Source: an uncultured virus (IMG/VR IMGVR_UViG_3300030102_002720) (Duplodnaviria > Heunggongvirae > Uroviricota > Caudoviricetes). From it: a stretch of 64,000 nt of DNA. The stretch lies in IMG/VR virus record IMGVR_UViG_3300030102_002720, positions 1 to 64,000 of that record. One strand, 5' to 3'. This document shows, in pieces, positions 1-10,076 of the stretch (its first letter is position 1; each line of letters begins with the position of its first letter). The notes below the pieces were generated by a model. That model had not been told where the DNA came from. It made no database searches and saw only the letters and a list, made by a program, of their open reading frames with translations. Made by a program: the position numbers and the translations under genes.

Positions 1-1
1 T

Positions 2-997
2 CAAAACCAAGATTTTATAATCAACAACAATACAGGTCATGCTTTAGGAACGTTATGGAGAGGTAGTGATTCTGGAGGACATTGGAGCGGACACATGGCA
101 CAAGCTATATTCTGTGATGGTCAATCTTTAGCTCCAACATCTTTTGCATCAACTAATTCAGATGGAGTTTGGATACCAAATGCTGGTCCATCAGTTACAT
201 ACGGTACTAATGGATTTAAAATTGATTTTAAAGGTACTGGAGCAAGTGCTGACACCAGTGGTTTTGGAGCTGACAGTAGTGGTAACAATAATCATTTTGC
301 AACTACAAACATAGGAACAAATCCATCATCAAAAGATTCTCCAGAAAATAATTTTGCTACTTGGAATGCTCTTGGAAGTAATGCCTCTTCTATAACAGAA
401 GGAGGTCTTAAAATGGTAGGAGACACAGGAACTAGCTATAGTTTAGGAGCTTGTTCTTCAATAGCTTTTCAAAAAGGTAAGTGGTATGCAGAGTTTAAAA
501 TACTTGATGACTCAAGTCATAATATTGGATTATGTAAAGAAGGTAATATGCAATCAAAAAGTGGAGATTATCAATATCAAAAAGGTCAATTATTTTACAG
601 AAATAATGGAAACAGAGCATCAGGAACTGGATCAGGATATGGCACTAACGGTTCTTATGGTAATACTTACACTACAGGTGACATTATAGGAGTAGCTGCA
701 GATATGGATAATAGAAATTTATATTTTTACAAAAACGGAACAATACAAAATTCAGGCACAGCTGCTTTTACCAGCTCTGAAATTAGTGGACAGGCAGATA
801 GTGATATAAAAGCAGATACATTTTATAGTTTTTTCTCTGCAGGATACAATGATGGAATAGTACAAGCTAATTTTGGTAATCCAACATTTACTATTGCTTC
901 GGGTAACGCAGATGCAAATGGCTACGGTAATTTCGAATATGCTGTACCTTCAGGGTATTATGCATTATGCACAAAGAACTTAGCACAATACGGATAA
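2..997 (+). CDS. LamG/ConA-like + SPRY-domain tail/receptor-binding protein (5'-partial)
   Basis: Frame is open from nt 2 (QNQDFIINNNTGH...) and matches 60026..61420. SPRY-like motifs GKWYAEF, GDIIGVAADMD and ANFG; C-terminal GNFEYAVPSGYYALCTKNL. Confidence 0.75.
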   Translation, partial: QNQDFIINNNTGHALGTLWRGSDSGGHWSGHMAQAIFCDGQSLAPTSFASTNSDGVWIPNAGPSVTYGTNGFKIDFKGTGASADTSGFGADSSGNNNHFATTNIGTNPSSKDSPENNFATWNALGSNASSITEGGLKMVGDTGTSYSLGACSSIAFQKGKWYAEFKILDDSSHNIGLCKEGNMQSKSGDYQYQKGQLFYRNNGNRASGTGSGYGTNGSYGNTYTTGDIIGVAADMDNRNLYFYKNGTIQNSGTAAFTSSEISGQADSDIKADTFYSFFSAGYNDGIVQANFGNPTFTIASGNADANGYGNFEYAVPSGYYALCTKNLAQYG

Positions 998-1000
998 GAT

Positions 1001-2089
1001 ATGGCATATACAACAATTAACGATCCTTCAGTACATTTTCAAAATACGCTTTACACTGGTAATGGTAGTAATGCTCTAGACGTAACAAACACGGGTAATG
1101 CTAATTTACAACCAGATTTAATTTGGATTAAAGACAGAAGTTCAAATTCAAATACAATTTGGCAAGATACAAGTAGAGGAATAAATATACAATTCTTTAC
1201 TGACACCACTAACACTGAATATACTAACGGTAACTGGGGACACGTTAACAGTGTTGCTTCAGATGGTTTTCAAGTTGATGTAGGTAATAATGCTTCAGAA
1301 GCTAACGCAAATAAAAGTGGAGATAATTACATAGCGTGGCAATGGAAAGCCAACGGTGGAACTACATCTTCAAATTCAACGGGTTCAAGAACAACAACTG
1401 TTCAAGTTAACAGCACAGCAAAATTTTCTATATTCACTTATGCTGGAGGAGGAAGTGGAGGAACATTAGGACACAGTTTAGGCACAGTTCCACACTTTAT
1501 TATTATTAAATCACGAAATGGAAGTAGAGATTGGTGTATTTATCATCATAAAAACACATCAGCACCAGAAACAGAATTTTTAAGTTTTAATCAAAATGTA
1601 GCAACTCAAGACGCTACTGTTTGGAATGATACTACTCCAACCACAACTCTTATAAGTGTAAGTGGTGATGGAAAAGTTGGAACTGATGAAAACTATGTAG
1701 GATATGCTTTTACTGAAGTACAAGGTTTTAGTAAATTTGGTTCTTATTCAGGTAATGGTGATTCAAATGGGCCATTTGTTTATACAGGTTTTAAACCTGC
1801 ATGGGTGTTAATTAAAAGAACAGACACCACTGGAAACTGGTATCTTTATGACACAGAAAGAAATGGTGCTAGTGGTCCTAACACTAACCAAGCGCATAGA
1901 ATTTTATATGCAAATGATGCTTCAAGTGAAATTAATAATGTTGACAGAGGTATTGATATGGTCGCTAATGGTTTTAAAATAAGAAATACTTTAGGTGATA
2001 CAAATAACTCTAGTGGAACTTATATTTATGCATCTTTCGCATCTAGTCCTTTTGTATCGTCAGCGGGCGTACCTACAACAGCGAGATAA
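1001..2089 (+). CDS. tail-associated protein ('MAYTTINDPS...' family), partner of the LamG/SPRY protein
   Basis: Motifs YTGNG, LQPDLIWIKxR, GHxLG and YTGFKPAW. Paralogs at 54490, 57701 and 61422. Confidence 0.7.
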   Translation: MAYTTINDPSVHFQNTLYTGNGSNALDVTNTGNANLQPDLIWIKDRSSNSNTIWQDTSRGINIQFFTDTTNTEYTNGNWGHVNSVASDGFQVDVGNNASEANANKSGDNYIAWQWKANGGTTSSNSTGSRTTTVQVNSTAKFSIFTYAGGGSGGTLGHSLGTVPHFIIIKSRNGSRDWCIYHHKNTSAPETEFLSFNQNVATQDATVWNDTTPTTTLISVSGDGKVGTDENYVGYAFTEVQGFSKFGSYSGNGDSNGPFVYTGFKPAWVLIKRTDTTGNWYLYDTERNGASGPNTNQAHRILYANDASSEINNVDRGIDMVANGFKIRNTLGDTNNSSGTYIYASFASSPFVSSAGVPTTAR

Positions 2090-2092
2090 ACC

Positions 2093-2941
2093 ATGACATT
2101 AGGGATCTTAGCATTTGGCGAAGGTCCGTTATCATCCTTAGGTAAACAGGATGCGATAGCGGTTGTAACAGGTCTCCCTTTAACTTCTACTCTAGGAGCA
2201 TCTGTAATTCAAGGTGCAGCACAAACAAATGTAACAGGGGAAGATTTAACATCAGTCGTTGGTAATGAGACAATAGTAACAACATCTGTTGCTACACCTT
2301 CTGGCGAAGAAATAAACTCGGTTGTTGGTTCACCAACAATTAATGTTATTGCAAACCCAACTGTATCTGTAAATGGCTTTTCATTAACATCTACTATAGG
2401 AACTTATGCAGTTACAGCAGGAGGATCAGTATTAATTGATGCTTCAGAAGAACCGGATTTAGATATATTTGTTGGTGATTCTACAATTTCTGGAACAGCT
2501 AACTTATCCGTAACTGGTCAACCTATAAATTCTAATGTTGGAACAGTTACAGTAGATGCGGTAACTCCGGTATCTGTAACAGGATTCCCACTAACTTCTA
2601 CTACAGGATCTGTTGCCGTAGTTGGGACAGCAGTTGCAAACGTTACTGGTTTACCTGTATCTTCTGTTTTAGGAACAGCGACTGTTAATGCTTCTGCAAC
2701 AGCAATACCTAATGGTAATATTATCTCATCAGATCTAGGCAACCCAACGGTTGAAACAAACACTATTGTTGATGTTACTGGCATTGCAATGACTGCAGCT
2801 CTTGGTGACACTGCAGTTTATGCATGGGTAACAGTGGATGATGATGCAAATACCCCATGGACAAATGTAAATGATGCAGCCACAAATACTTGGACAAATG
2901 TTGATGATTCTGCTACAAATACATGGCAGGATGCAGCATAG
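2093..2941 (+). CDS. structural protein with internal VTG...LG repeats and a Trp-repeat C-terminus
   Basis: T/V/S/G-rich ORF. Repeats of about 29 aa (xVTGxxxTSxxG); C-terminal WTNVxDxATNT repeats. Lies in the tail region. Confidence 0.6.
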   Translation: MTLGILAFGEGPLSSLGKQDAIAVVTGLPLTSTLGASVIQGAAQTNVTGEDLTSVVGNETIVTTSVATPSGEEINSVVGSPTINVIANPTVSVNGFSLTSTIGTYAVTAGGSVLIDASEEPDLDIFVGDSTISGTANLSVTGQPINSNVGTVTVDAVTPVSVTGFPLTSTTGSVAVVGTAVANVTGLPVSSVLGTATVNASATAIPNGNIISSDLGNPTVETNTIVDVTGIAMTAALGDTAVYAWVTVDDDANTPWTNVNDAATNTWTNVDDSATNTWQDAA

Positions 2942-2948
2942 GTAAATT

Positions 2949-3656
2949 ATGTCAACATATTCAAGTAGATTACAAATAGAGTTAATTGGAGTAGGCGATC
3001 AGGCAAATGCTTGGGGTACCACTACCAATAATAATTTTTCACAATCTTTAGAACAGGCCATCGCAGGTGTATATACAAAAAATATATCTTCTGGAACTAC
3101 TACAGTTTTAACAGATACTAATGGACCAGCTACACAAGCAGACAATGAAAACAGACAAGCTGCTATTATATTTACAAACCCATCATCTAATCATACCGTT
3201 CAATTTACTGCAAAAGAAAAACTTTATTTTTTAAGAAACAACGATACAACATATACAGTTACTGTAAGACTTGGAGCTTCTGGTAATACTTATGTTATTA
3301 ATCCGCAAACAAGTGTATTTTTAGCTACTGATGGTACTAATTGGTTTGAGTTACAAACTCAAGGTGGAACTTGGATTACAAAAACTACTACGTATACTGC
3401 TTTAAGTGGTGATAAAATATTTGCTAATACAAGTGGTGGCGCTTTTACAATTACATTACCAGCTTCTCCTGCAGTAGGAGATGAAGTAAGATTTGTAGAT
3501 CTAGCTAGTTCTTTTGATACACATAATTTAACTGTAGCAAGAAATAGTTTAAAAATAAATGGTCAAACATCTGATTTAGTAGTTGCTACAGAAGATGCAG
3601 CTTTCGCACTAGTATACTCTGGTGCAACTTACGGATGGAAACTACTGGAGAAATAA
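2949..3656 (+). CDS. tail structural protein
   Basis: N-terminal STYSSRLQIELIGVGDQANAWGTTTN; C-terminal ANTSGGAFTITLPASPAVGD...GW, a domain seen in tail-fibre proteins. Confidence 0.6.
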   Translation: MSTYSSRLQIELIGVGDQANAWGTTTNNNFSQSLEQAIAGVYTKNISSGTTTVLTDTNGPATQADNENRQAAIIFTNPSSNHTVQFTAKEKLYFLRNNDTTYTVTVRLGASGNTYVINPQTSVFLATDGTNWFELQTQGGTWITKTTTYTALSGDKIFANTSGGAFTITLPASPAVGDEVRFVDLASSFDTHNLTVARNSLKINGQTSDLVVATEDAAFALVYSGATYGWKLLEK

Positions 3657-3657
3657 T

Positions 3658-3927
3658 ATGCCAACTTATGAATCTATTAAATATAAAATATCAGGAACTG
3701 CTATTACAGGTGTAATGCAAGAATCAGAAAATTTAGACGACGTAGCTAATAAAGCAACATCAAGAACTAATTTAGGTGTTCAGATTGGAGGAACTCCAGC
3801 AGCAGGCGCTGATGTGCAGGCTTTTATATCTACAACAGCAGGAACAAATGCTAACGGATCTAGAACTGTAGCTACAGGTAATCCGACAGGTGGTTCTGAT
3901 GGAGATATTTGGTACAAATATACATAA
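3658..3927 (+). CDS. small tail protein
   Basis: ATG at 3658 just after the upstream stop. NLDDVANKATSRTNLG and PTGGSDGDIWY are fibre-like motifs. Confidence 0.55.
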   Translation: MPTYESIKYKISGTAITGVMQESENLDDVANKATSRTNLGVQIGGTPAAGADVQAFISTTAGTNANGSRTVATGNPTGGSDGDIWYKYT

Positions 3928-3933
3928 TGCCTT

Positions 3934-4851
3934 ATGCCAATTTATGTTAAATCAGGTGGTACTTGGCGAGAGATAAGCTCAGATGCTGGCTCACAATTAT
4001 ATGTGAGAGATGGCACATCCTTTACAAATAAAACAATTACTAATGCTTATATAAAAGACGGCGGTTCATGGCGAACTGTGTTTACTTTATTTGATACACC
4101 TGCAAGCTTTACAGATGCAGGAGCAGGAACAACAAACTTTAACGTGCCTGCTAATGCCAATGCTATTCATATAAGACAAGCTGTTGGAGCTGGATCTGGA
4201 GGAGTGGGTGGTGCCGAATATGATAAAGCTGGCGGTGAGTCTGCTGGAGCAGGCGGTGCGTCTGGTGCATATATTTCTGATAGAGTATATACAGTTGTTG
4301 GAGGAGAACAATTAACAGCCGTTGTTGGAGCAGCAGGAAATGGAACAAGCGGTGGATATAACACAACCGCTGGCAGTGGTGGATTAACAAGTTTAACTGG
4401 TGCAAGCACTGGAGCTATTTTTTCTTTAGGTGGTGGTGTGGGTGGATCAGGAACAGGTGGTGGCGTCCAAGGACCTTTACGTTCTAATAATGCTTCTGTT
4501 GGAGGAACAGCTACTCAAGGAACATCTTTATCAACAGGAACAACTGTTGATGGACAAAATATTACAGGTTTTACAAGCGGACCAAGAGGAACTTTTAATT
4601 CTTTTGGAAACGGTGTTGCAGGCGGTAATCCAGGAAACTGCGGTGGAGATAACTGTCAAATTGCTGGTGGTGTAGGTGGATCTTCTTACAATGGTGTCAA
4701 TAATGGTGGAACTGCTGGTCAAGCAAGTGGAGCGGCTGGTGGCGTAGGAAATACCGGTGCTGGTGGCGGTGGTGGCGGAGCACAAGGACAAACTGCTGGC
4801 GGTAATGGTGGTCCTGGTGAACTAGTTTATAGATTTGTGAGGATTGCATAA
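3934..4851 (+). CDS. glycine-rich tail fibre/spike protein
   Basis: Very Gly-rich (GAGSGG, GGGGGG, GGNGGPG.V) and within the tail gene cluster. Confidence 0.65.
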   Translation: MPIYVKSGGTWREISSDAGSQLYVRDGTSFTNKTITNAYIKDGGSWRTVFTLFDTPASFTDAGAGTTNFNVPANANAIHIRQAVGAGSGGVGGAEYDKAGGESAGAGGASGAYISDRVYTVVGGEQLTAVVGAAGNGTSGGYNTTAGSGGLTSLTGASTGAIFSLGGGVGGSGTGGGVQGPLRSNNASVGGTATQGTSLSTGTTVDGQNITGFTSGPRGTFNSFGNGVAGGNPGNCGGDNCQIAGGVGGSSYNGVNNGGTAGQASGAAGGVGNTGAGGGGGGAQGQTAGGNGGPGELVYRFVRIA

Positions 4852-6686
4852 TGCCTCTAACAAAAATAGCATTTGCCCCTGGTATAGATAAACAAGACAC
4901 AGAATATGGTGCAGCAGGTCGTTGGGTTGATTCTGACTTTGTACGTTTTCGTTATGGCTTACCAGAAAAAATTGGTGGTTGGATTAAATTAATAACTAAT
5001 ACATTAGTAGGTGTTACACGAGACATGCATGCTTGGACTGATCTTAACGGTGTACGGTACACGGCTATCGGCACGGATAGAAAATTATATATTTATACAG
5101 AGGGTGTTGCATATGATATTACACCTGTAAGAGCAACAGGCTCAATTACAGGTTTTACAACAACAAACAATTCACCTACCGTTACAGTGACTGATCCAAG
5201 TCATGGTGCAGGTGTTGGTGATTTTGTAACAATATCTTCTACGTCTGGTGCGGTTAACGGCATACCTGCAGCAACAATGAATGCGGAATATCAAATATTA
5301 ACTGTACCAACTAGTAATACTTTTACAATTACTGCAGCAGCAAATGCAACAAGCACTGGAGCATCTGCAGCTACGGCAACTGCAACATATCAAATATCTG
5401 TAGGTACGGCTGTATCACAATATGGTTATGGTTGGGGTACGTGGCAATGGGGTAAAGAAGCATGGGGCACACCTCGTTCTACATCAAACGTTACAATAGA
5501 GGGACGTAATTGGTCTTTTGATAATTTTGGTGAAGACTTATTAGCAACTGTAAACAATGGATCTACTTTTAGATGGGATACTTCTGTTGGAACAGGCACA
5601 CCTGCAGCAGTTGTAGCATCAGCACCTTCAGTTTCTCGTTTTAATTTAGTATCAATGCCTGATAGACACGTATTTTTATTTGGCACAGAAACAACAATTG
5701 GTAGTTCAAACACGCAAGATGATTTATTTTTACGTTTTTCTTCTCAAGAAGATTACACAACATGGGCACCAACAGCTACAAATACAGCTGGATCATTTAG
5801 AATACAAGACGGATCAAAAATTGTAACAGCTGTTAGATCACGTAATGCTGTTCTTGTTTGGACAGATACATCTTTAAATGCATTACAATTTGTTGGCGCA
5901 CCTTTTACATTTAACTTAACACAAATTGGTGCAAACTGTGGCGCAGTATCTTTGCATTCAGCTGTAGATGTAAACGGCACAGCCTTTTGGATGTCACAGA
6001 ATTCTTTTTATAAATTTGATGGTGCTGTTTCTAAGATGCCTTGTAGTGTACAAGATTATGTTTTTGAAGATTTTAGTATTACGAATCAACCAGAAACATA
6101 TGCAGCAGTTAATTCAGAGTTTAACGAGGTTACTTGGTTTTATACTTCAAATAACGCAACACAAATAGATAGATATGTAACGTATAATTATTTAGAAAAT
6201 TGTTGGTCTACTGGTAGTTTAGCTAGAACAACATGGCTAGATTATGGTGTATATCAAAAACCATACGCAACAGAATACTCTACAACAACTGTTGCAAATA
6301 ACAATGTTATAAATGGTTTAACAGCAGGAGCTACAACTCTTTATCAACACGAAACAGGTAATGATAATGTGACTACTGCTATAGATGCATTTATAGAATC
6401 AGGAGATTTTGATATTGCAGATGGTCAACCGTTCTTACATATAGGAAGAGGCATACCAAACTTTAAAGATTTATCAGGATCTGTTGATTTAACTCTTAAA
6501 TTTAAAACATATCCTAGTGCCACAACAAGCACGACTGTAGTTAGAACTGTAGTTCCAACGACAGAAAAGTTTGATTTACGAGGCAGGGGTAGACAAGCAA
6601 ACATACGTATTGACAGTGATGCCGTTGGTGATAAATGGCGTTATGGCACGTTAAGATTAGATGTACAACCAGATGGAGGTAGATAA
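4851..6686 (+). CDS. tail hub / packaged-DNA stabilisation protein (P22 gp10-like)
   Basis: 611 aa; VRFRYGLPEKIGGW N-terminus; beta-rich repeats (LRFSSQED, FWMSQNSFY, EVTWFY); C-terminal RGRGRQ...DVQPDGGR. Positioned before the ejection proteins. Confidence 0.65.
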   Translation: MPLTKIAFAPGIDKQDTEYGAAGRWVDSDFVRFRYGLPEKIGGWIKLITNTLVGVTRDMHAWTDLNGVRYTAIGTDRKLYIYTEGVAYDITPVRATGSITGFTTTNNSPTVTVTDPSHGAGVGDFVTISSTSGAVNGIPAATMNAEYQILTVPTSNTFTITAAANATSTGASAATATATYQISVGTAVSQYGYGWGTWQWGKEAWGTPRSTSNVTIEGRNWSFDNFGEDLLATVNNGSTFRWDTSVGTGTPAAVVASAPSVSRFNLVSMPDRHVFLFGTETTIGSSNTQDDLFLRFSSQEDYTTWAPTATNTAGSFRIQDGSKIVTAVRSRNAVLVWTDTSLNALQFVGAPFTFNLTQIGANCGAVSLHSAVDVNGTAFWMSQNSFYKFDGAVSKMPCSVQDYVFEDFSITNQPETYAAVNSEFNEVTWFYTSNNATQIDRYVTYNYLENCWSTGSLARTTWLDYGVYQKPYATEYSTTTVANNNVINGLTAGATTLYQHETGNDNVTTAIDAFIESGDFDIADGQPFLHIGRGIPNFKDLSGSVDLTLKFKTYPSATTSTTVVRTVVPTTEKFDLRGRGRQANIRIDSDAVGDKWRYGTLRLDVQPDGGR

Positions 6687-6853
6687 TGGCTAAAATTACA
6701 ACGACAAGATTTCCTCAAGCAACCCCAGATTATCAACCAAGTATTATTGATATACTTACGAGATTGTTAGAGCAAATAGTACAGCAATTAAACTTTGGTT
6801 ATCAACAAGATTTAAAAGATGAATCTACAGCAAGGACGTGGTTCCTTGGCTGA
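6686..6853 (+). CDS. small hypothetical protein (55 aa, MAKITTTRFPQATPDY...)
   Basis: Translated manually; overlaps the upstream stop as TAATG and fills the gap in the operon. Confidence 0.6.
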   Translation: MAKITTTRFPQATPDYQPSIIDILTRLLEQIVQQLNFGYQQDLKDESTARTWFLG

Positions 6854-7181
6854 TTTATTTAAAAGCTTTAGTTTACAAGGTACAGGAACAGCTTACACTG
6901 TCCCTACAGCGGATCAGAATTCACAACCGCCTGTTCCGCCTACCACTGCTATTATTAAAAATATTTATATGTCTAATCAATCTGGAGGCGCTGTAACTAC
7001 TACCATTACTGTGTTAGATTCTAGTAATGGTAATTTAGAAATAGAATTATATAAAGACAGTTTTGCTGATGGTGCAGAAAACACTATACAAGGTCCTATT
7101 GTATTAGAACAAGCTGATCAAATAAAATTAATTGGAGCGGGTGTAAAAATTTTAATTAACTTAATGGAGATTACAGTATGA
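6846..7181 (+). CDS. hypothetical structural protein
   Basis: ORF 6819..7181 with a probable TTG start at 6846. YTVP...IIKNIYMSN...IVLEQADQIK beta-sandwich-like pattern. Confidence 0.55.
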   Translation: MADLFKSFSLQGTGTAYTVPTADQNSQPPVPPTTAIIKNIYMSNQSGGAVTTTITVLDSSNGNLEIELYKDSFADGAENTIQGPIVLEQADQIKLIGAGVKILINLMEITV

Positions 7182-7438
7182 CATTTAAAAAAGTACAAAA
7201 CTCAGAACAAATTGGTGTTCAAGTTGTTGATGGACAGAAGCTTCCTATTATTCAACCTGAAGTTCATGTTGAGGTAAAAAATAAAAAGACAGGAGCTGAC
7301 TATGAATCAGAAGAAGAAGCAAAATTAGATGTTGCTAATCCAAATACAGACACTACGTCTGATGACATAGAAACAAATGTTCAAATTAAAGTAACAAAAT
7401 TACCTGACGTTTTTGGAAAAACTAAGAATCCTGATTAG
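7178..7438 (+). CDS. hypothetical protein
   Basis: ATGA overlap with the upstream gene; 86 aa. Confidence 0.6.
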   Translation: MTFKKVQNSEQIGVQVVDGQKLPIIQPEVHVEVKNKKTGADYESEEEAKLDVANPNTDTTSDDIETNVQIKVTKLPDVFGKTKNPD

Positions 7439-7622
7439 CACCCATGGCTTGACGTGCCATGTTCTGTTGCACAAAAAGTCTCTCTTCATCAGTTAACGGT
7501 CTGCCCATTGAAGGCGATGATTGACACTGACAATTAGAGTTGTGTTTATTTAAGTTATCTTCTAAGCTGTTCACCTTATCAGCGAGGGCAGCTATGGCTT
7601 TTAATAAGTCTTGTTTTTCCAT
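7422..7622 (-). CDS. hypothetical protein
   Basis: CAGGAG RBS upstream of the ATG; coiled-coil N-terminus and CQC. Confidence 0.6.
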   Translation of the reverse strand: MEKQDLLKAIAALADKVNSLEDNLNKHNSNCQCQSSPSMGRPLTDEERLFVQQNMARQAMGANQDS

Positions 7623-7717
7623 AATATCTCCTGTTGATTGTAAATTTGGGTGAGATCTAATTTAAACACGTCTGTTAAAATTATCAAGTAATCTTTTTAT
7701 AATTGTTTTCTTGACAA

Positions 7718-8410
7718 CTAATTTGAAATAGTATCCCAGCCGTTTGGGTGTGGTATGCAGTGTTCTGTTTTAACACCTGGTTTCATAGTTAGTAATACAT
7801 CACCACTAATACTAATCCTAGGTTTGTCTTTTGTATTAATTTCAGTGTAGTGTAGTAGACCACTAGGAAATATTAAAAAGTCACTAGTTTTTACAGGGAA
7901 GATATAACTAGAAAAATTAAATTGATTCCAATCCACTATGTATTGATCAGTAGGAGGAATGAACAATCCTGTTTGTGCAGCTAATTCTTTTTCAAATCTT
8001 ATGTTACCCATGTCCTCATTCTGAACATAATAAACAAAGCTAAAATGACTAGCTGTGTGTTTATGACTAGCAATGTGTTGATCTTTTACAGTGTATGTTG
8101 CCCATGCTTTTATTATATGTGCATCAAACTTCTCTTTATTATACCCTTTAGCTTGAAGAAAAGTGTTTATGTGTGTTGCTATTTTTTTAAATAACTTTTT
8201 ATATTTTTTATCTTTATGCAGATCATCTTTTGCTTCTTCTAAATCAGTAAACATTGTGTTACCTACAACATCAGTAGTAGCTGCAGTTCTTCCTGGTTTT
8301 TCTTTTACAAATTTTTCTATATGTTTTGTTGTTTCATTATTATTATTTTCAATTGTAGCTTGATAAATAACTTCACCAAATAAACTATTGATTCTTGCTT
8401 CTTTCTCCAT
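7718..8410 (-). CDS. putative 2OG-Fe(II) oxygenase (TIGR02466-like)
   Basis: AWA...HxH...FVYYV, FPSxLxH and RISISG motifs: HxH..H iron ligands plus the Arg that binds 2OG. Confidence 0.8.
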   Translation of the reverse strand: MEKEARINSLFGEVIYQATIENNNNETTKHIEKFVKEKPGRTAATTDVVGNTMFTDLEEAKDDLHKDKKYKKLFKKIATHINTFLQAKGYNKEKFDAHIIKAWATYTVKDQHIASHKHTASHFSFVYYVQNEDMGNIRFEKELAAQTGLFIPPTDQYIVDWNQFNFSSYIFPVKTSDFLIFPSGLLHYTEINTKDKPRISISGDVLLTMKPGVKTEHCIPHPNGWDTISN

Positions 8411-8675
8411 AACTTACCTCTAAATATTCTATTTTAGTTACCCAACCTTTGGGTATTGCTATTGCTCCACCACCGTGGTTGTCATCTTTATCCGTGCACC
8501 ATGAACGCATAATTACAATTTTTTCTTTATTATTCACCATTAACCAGCCAACTTCTTGGCATGTAGCTAATGGGGCATCAATAATGTCTTTTGCAGGTAT
8601 CCATCCAGTCTCTGTATCCCGGGCATCGAGCCACGTTACACGGACCATAGGAACTTTCTGTATATCTATGTTCAT
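8385..8675 (-). CDS. conserved phage hypothetical protein
   Basis: VRVTWLDA...GW...GWL...IPKGWV pattern; overlaps the oxygenase start. Confidence 0.65.
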   Translation of the reverse strand: MNIDIQKVPMVRVTWLDARDTETGWIPAKDIIDAPLATCQEVGWLMVNNKEKIVIMRSWCTDKDDNHGGGAIAIPKGWVTKIEYLEVSYGERSKNQ

Positions 8676-8783
8676 TTCTCATTGCACAATACTACAAAAA
8701 TAACTATAATTATAGGATTAAATTGGCTTGTGTTTCAAGTTTAGCCTCCTTGCTACATTGATATAATGCGATATAAGGAGACT

Positions 8784-10076
8784 ATGAATACATACAAAAT
8801 GGCATCTGGCGGAATAGCTGACTTTCAGCAGGCAGTAAATGCTCTTAAAGGTTTTGGACGATATGAAGATGATACCTTAGCACACGTTGCTACGGGGGAA
8901 ACTATTATTCCAATGGAGGTGTTTGAAAAAAACCCTCAACTTAGAGATCAAGTATTCCAATCTATGGCAGATCTTGGCATTGATCCTTCGCAATACATTG
9001 TAGGTAGTAATCTTAATTCAATCAATCCTGTTACAGGACAGCCAGAATTTTTTTTAAAGAAACTAATTAAAAAATTAAAAAAAGCAGCGCCAGTTATTTT
9101 ACCTATTGCTGCAAGTTTTATACCTGGAGTAGGACCATTAGCATTAGGAGCGGCTGGTTTTGCCGGTGGTAAGTTAGCAGGTCAAGATACTAAACAAGCT
9201 TTAATGTCTGGCATTATGGCAGGGCTTGGTGGTAAATTGGCTGGTGGAACAGCAGCAGCGCAAGCAGGTCAAGCAGCTGGTGGTAAATCATTAGGTAGTC
9301 AAATACTTAAAGGCATTTCAAAAGAAGGATTAGGAAGTTTATTTAAAGCAGCTCAAGATACTGCTGTTCAAGAAGCATTAGCAAATCAAGGTAGCTCTGA
9401 ACTAGCAGATAAAATAGTTAGCGGTGCAGGTGAAGGCAGTGCAGGTAAAATGTCTTTTTTAGATAAGGGATTAAACTTATTTAGAAAAGGTGGAAAGCCA
9501 GGAGCAGATTTTAGTACAGGTAGAATAGGAGCAGCCATGTTAGCTGCTGGTATGTTACCTAGTTTGTTTGGAAAAGATGAAGAAGAAGAAGAGTATATAG
9601 ATACAAACGTATATCCAGGTGACTATGGTCAATTAGCTAATTTAGGTATACCGGCTGTATATAGTCCGGGCTCAAACATTGTACCATTTCAATTAGCTAG
9701 AGGAGGTTATATGGGTGGATATAATGGTATCAAAGCAGATACAGAATCTTTGACAGCTAGCGATAATATTGATAGTCGTATTATGAAAAACTTAGAGTTT
9801 GAAAGAATGGCACCGGGCATGATGGGTTATGCTGCGGGTGGTATTGCTCACTTACGTAAAGGCGGGTTTCCTTATGAAACAGCCAAGCATGCAAAAGGAG
9901 GGGTCACGGGTCCCGGAACAGGAACCAGTGATAGTATTCCAGCTTACTTAAGTAATGGTGAGTTTGTTGTTACAGCGAAAGCTGTTAAAAATGCAGGAGG
10001 TTCAAGGCCTATGTATGAAATGATGGATCATTTAGAAAAAGGTGGTAAACTATCACCAGCATCGAGAGGTAAGTAA
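8784..10076 (+). CDS. internal virion / ejection protein
   Basis: TAAGGAG RBS before the ATG at 8784. Motifs GRYEDDTLAHV, INPVTGQPEFF and GPGTGTSDSIPAYLSNGEFV; Gly/Ala-rich hydrophobic segments. Confidence 0.65.
   Translation: MNTYKMASGGIADFQQAVNALKGFGRYEDDTLAHVATGETIIPMEVFEKNPQLRDQVFQSMADLGIDPSQYIVGSNLNSINPVTGQPEFFLKKLIKKLKKAAPVILPIAASFIPGVGPLALGAAGFAGGKLAGQDTKQALMSGIMAGLGGKLAGGTAAAQAGQAAGGKSLGSQILKGISKEGLGSLFKAAQDTAVQEALANQGSSELADKIVSGAGEGSAGKMSFLDKGLNLFRKGGKPGADFSTGRIGAAMLAAGMLPSLFGKDEEEEEYIDTNVYPGDYGQLANLGIPAVYSPGSNIVPFQLARGGYMGGYNGIKADTESLTASDNIDSRIMKNLEFERMAPGMMGYAAGGIAHLRKGGFPYETAKHAKGGVTGPGTGTSDSIPAYLSNGEFVVTAKAVKNAGGSRPMYEMMDHLEKGGKLSPASRGK

Larger units (their letters stand above)
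1..2089 (+). repeat. long imperfect direct repeat, copy 1 (copy 2 at 60391..62522)
   Basis: tcaaaaccaagattttataatcaacaacaatac... is identical at 1 and 60391. Near-identity continues with synonymous changes and swapped patches. Confidence 0.95.

Noticed and set aside
1..2089. Exact terminal repeat / circular assembly overlap with 60391-62522
   Set aside because: The copies differ by many substitutions, indels and a swapped internal domain, and have different downstream genes.
9880..9990. Tape measure protein call from the GPGTGTSDSIPAYLSNGEFV motif
   Set aside because: The protein is only ~430 aa and no tail tube or chaperone genes were recognised; the context fits podovirus ejection proteins.
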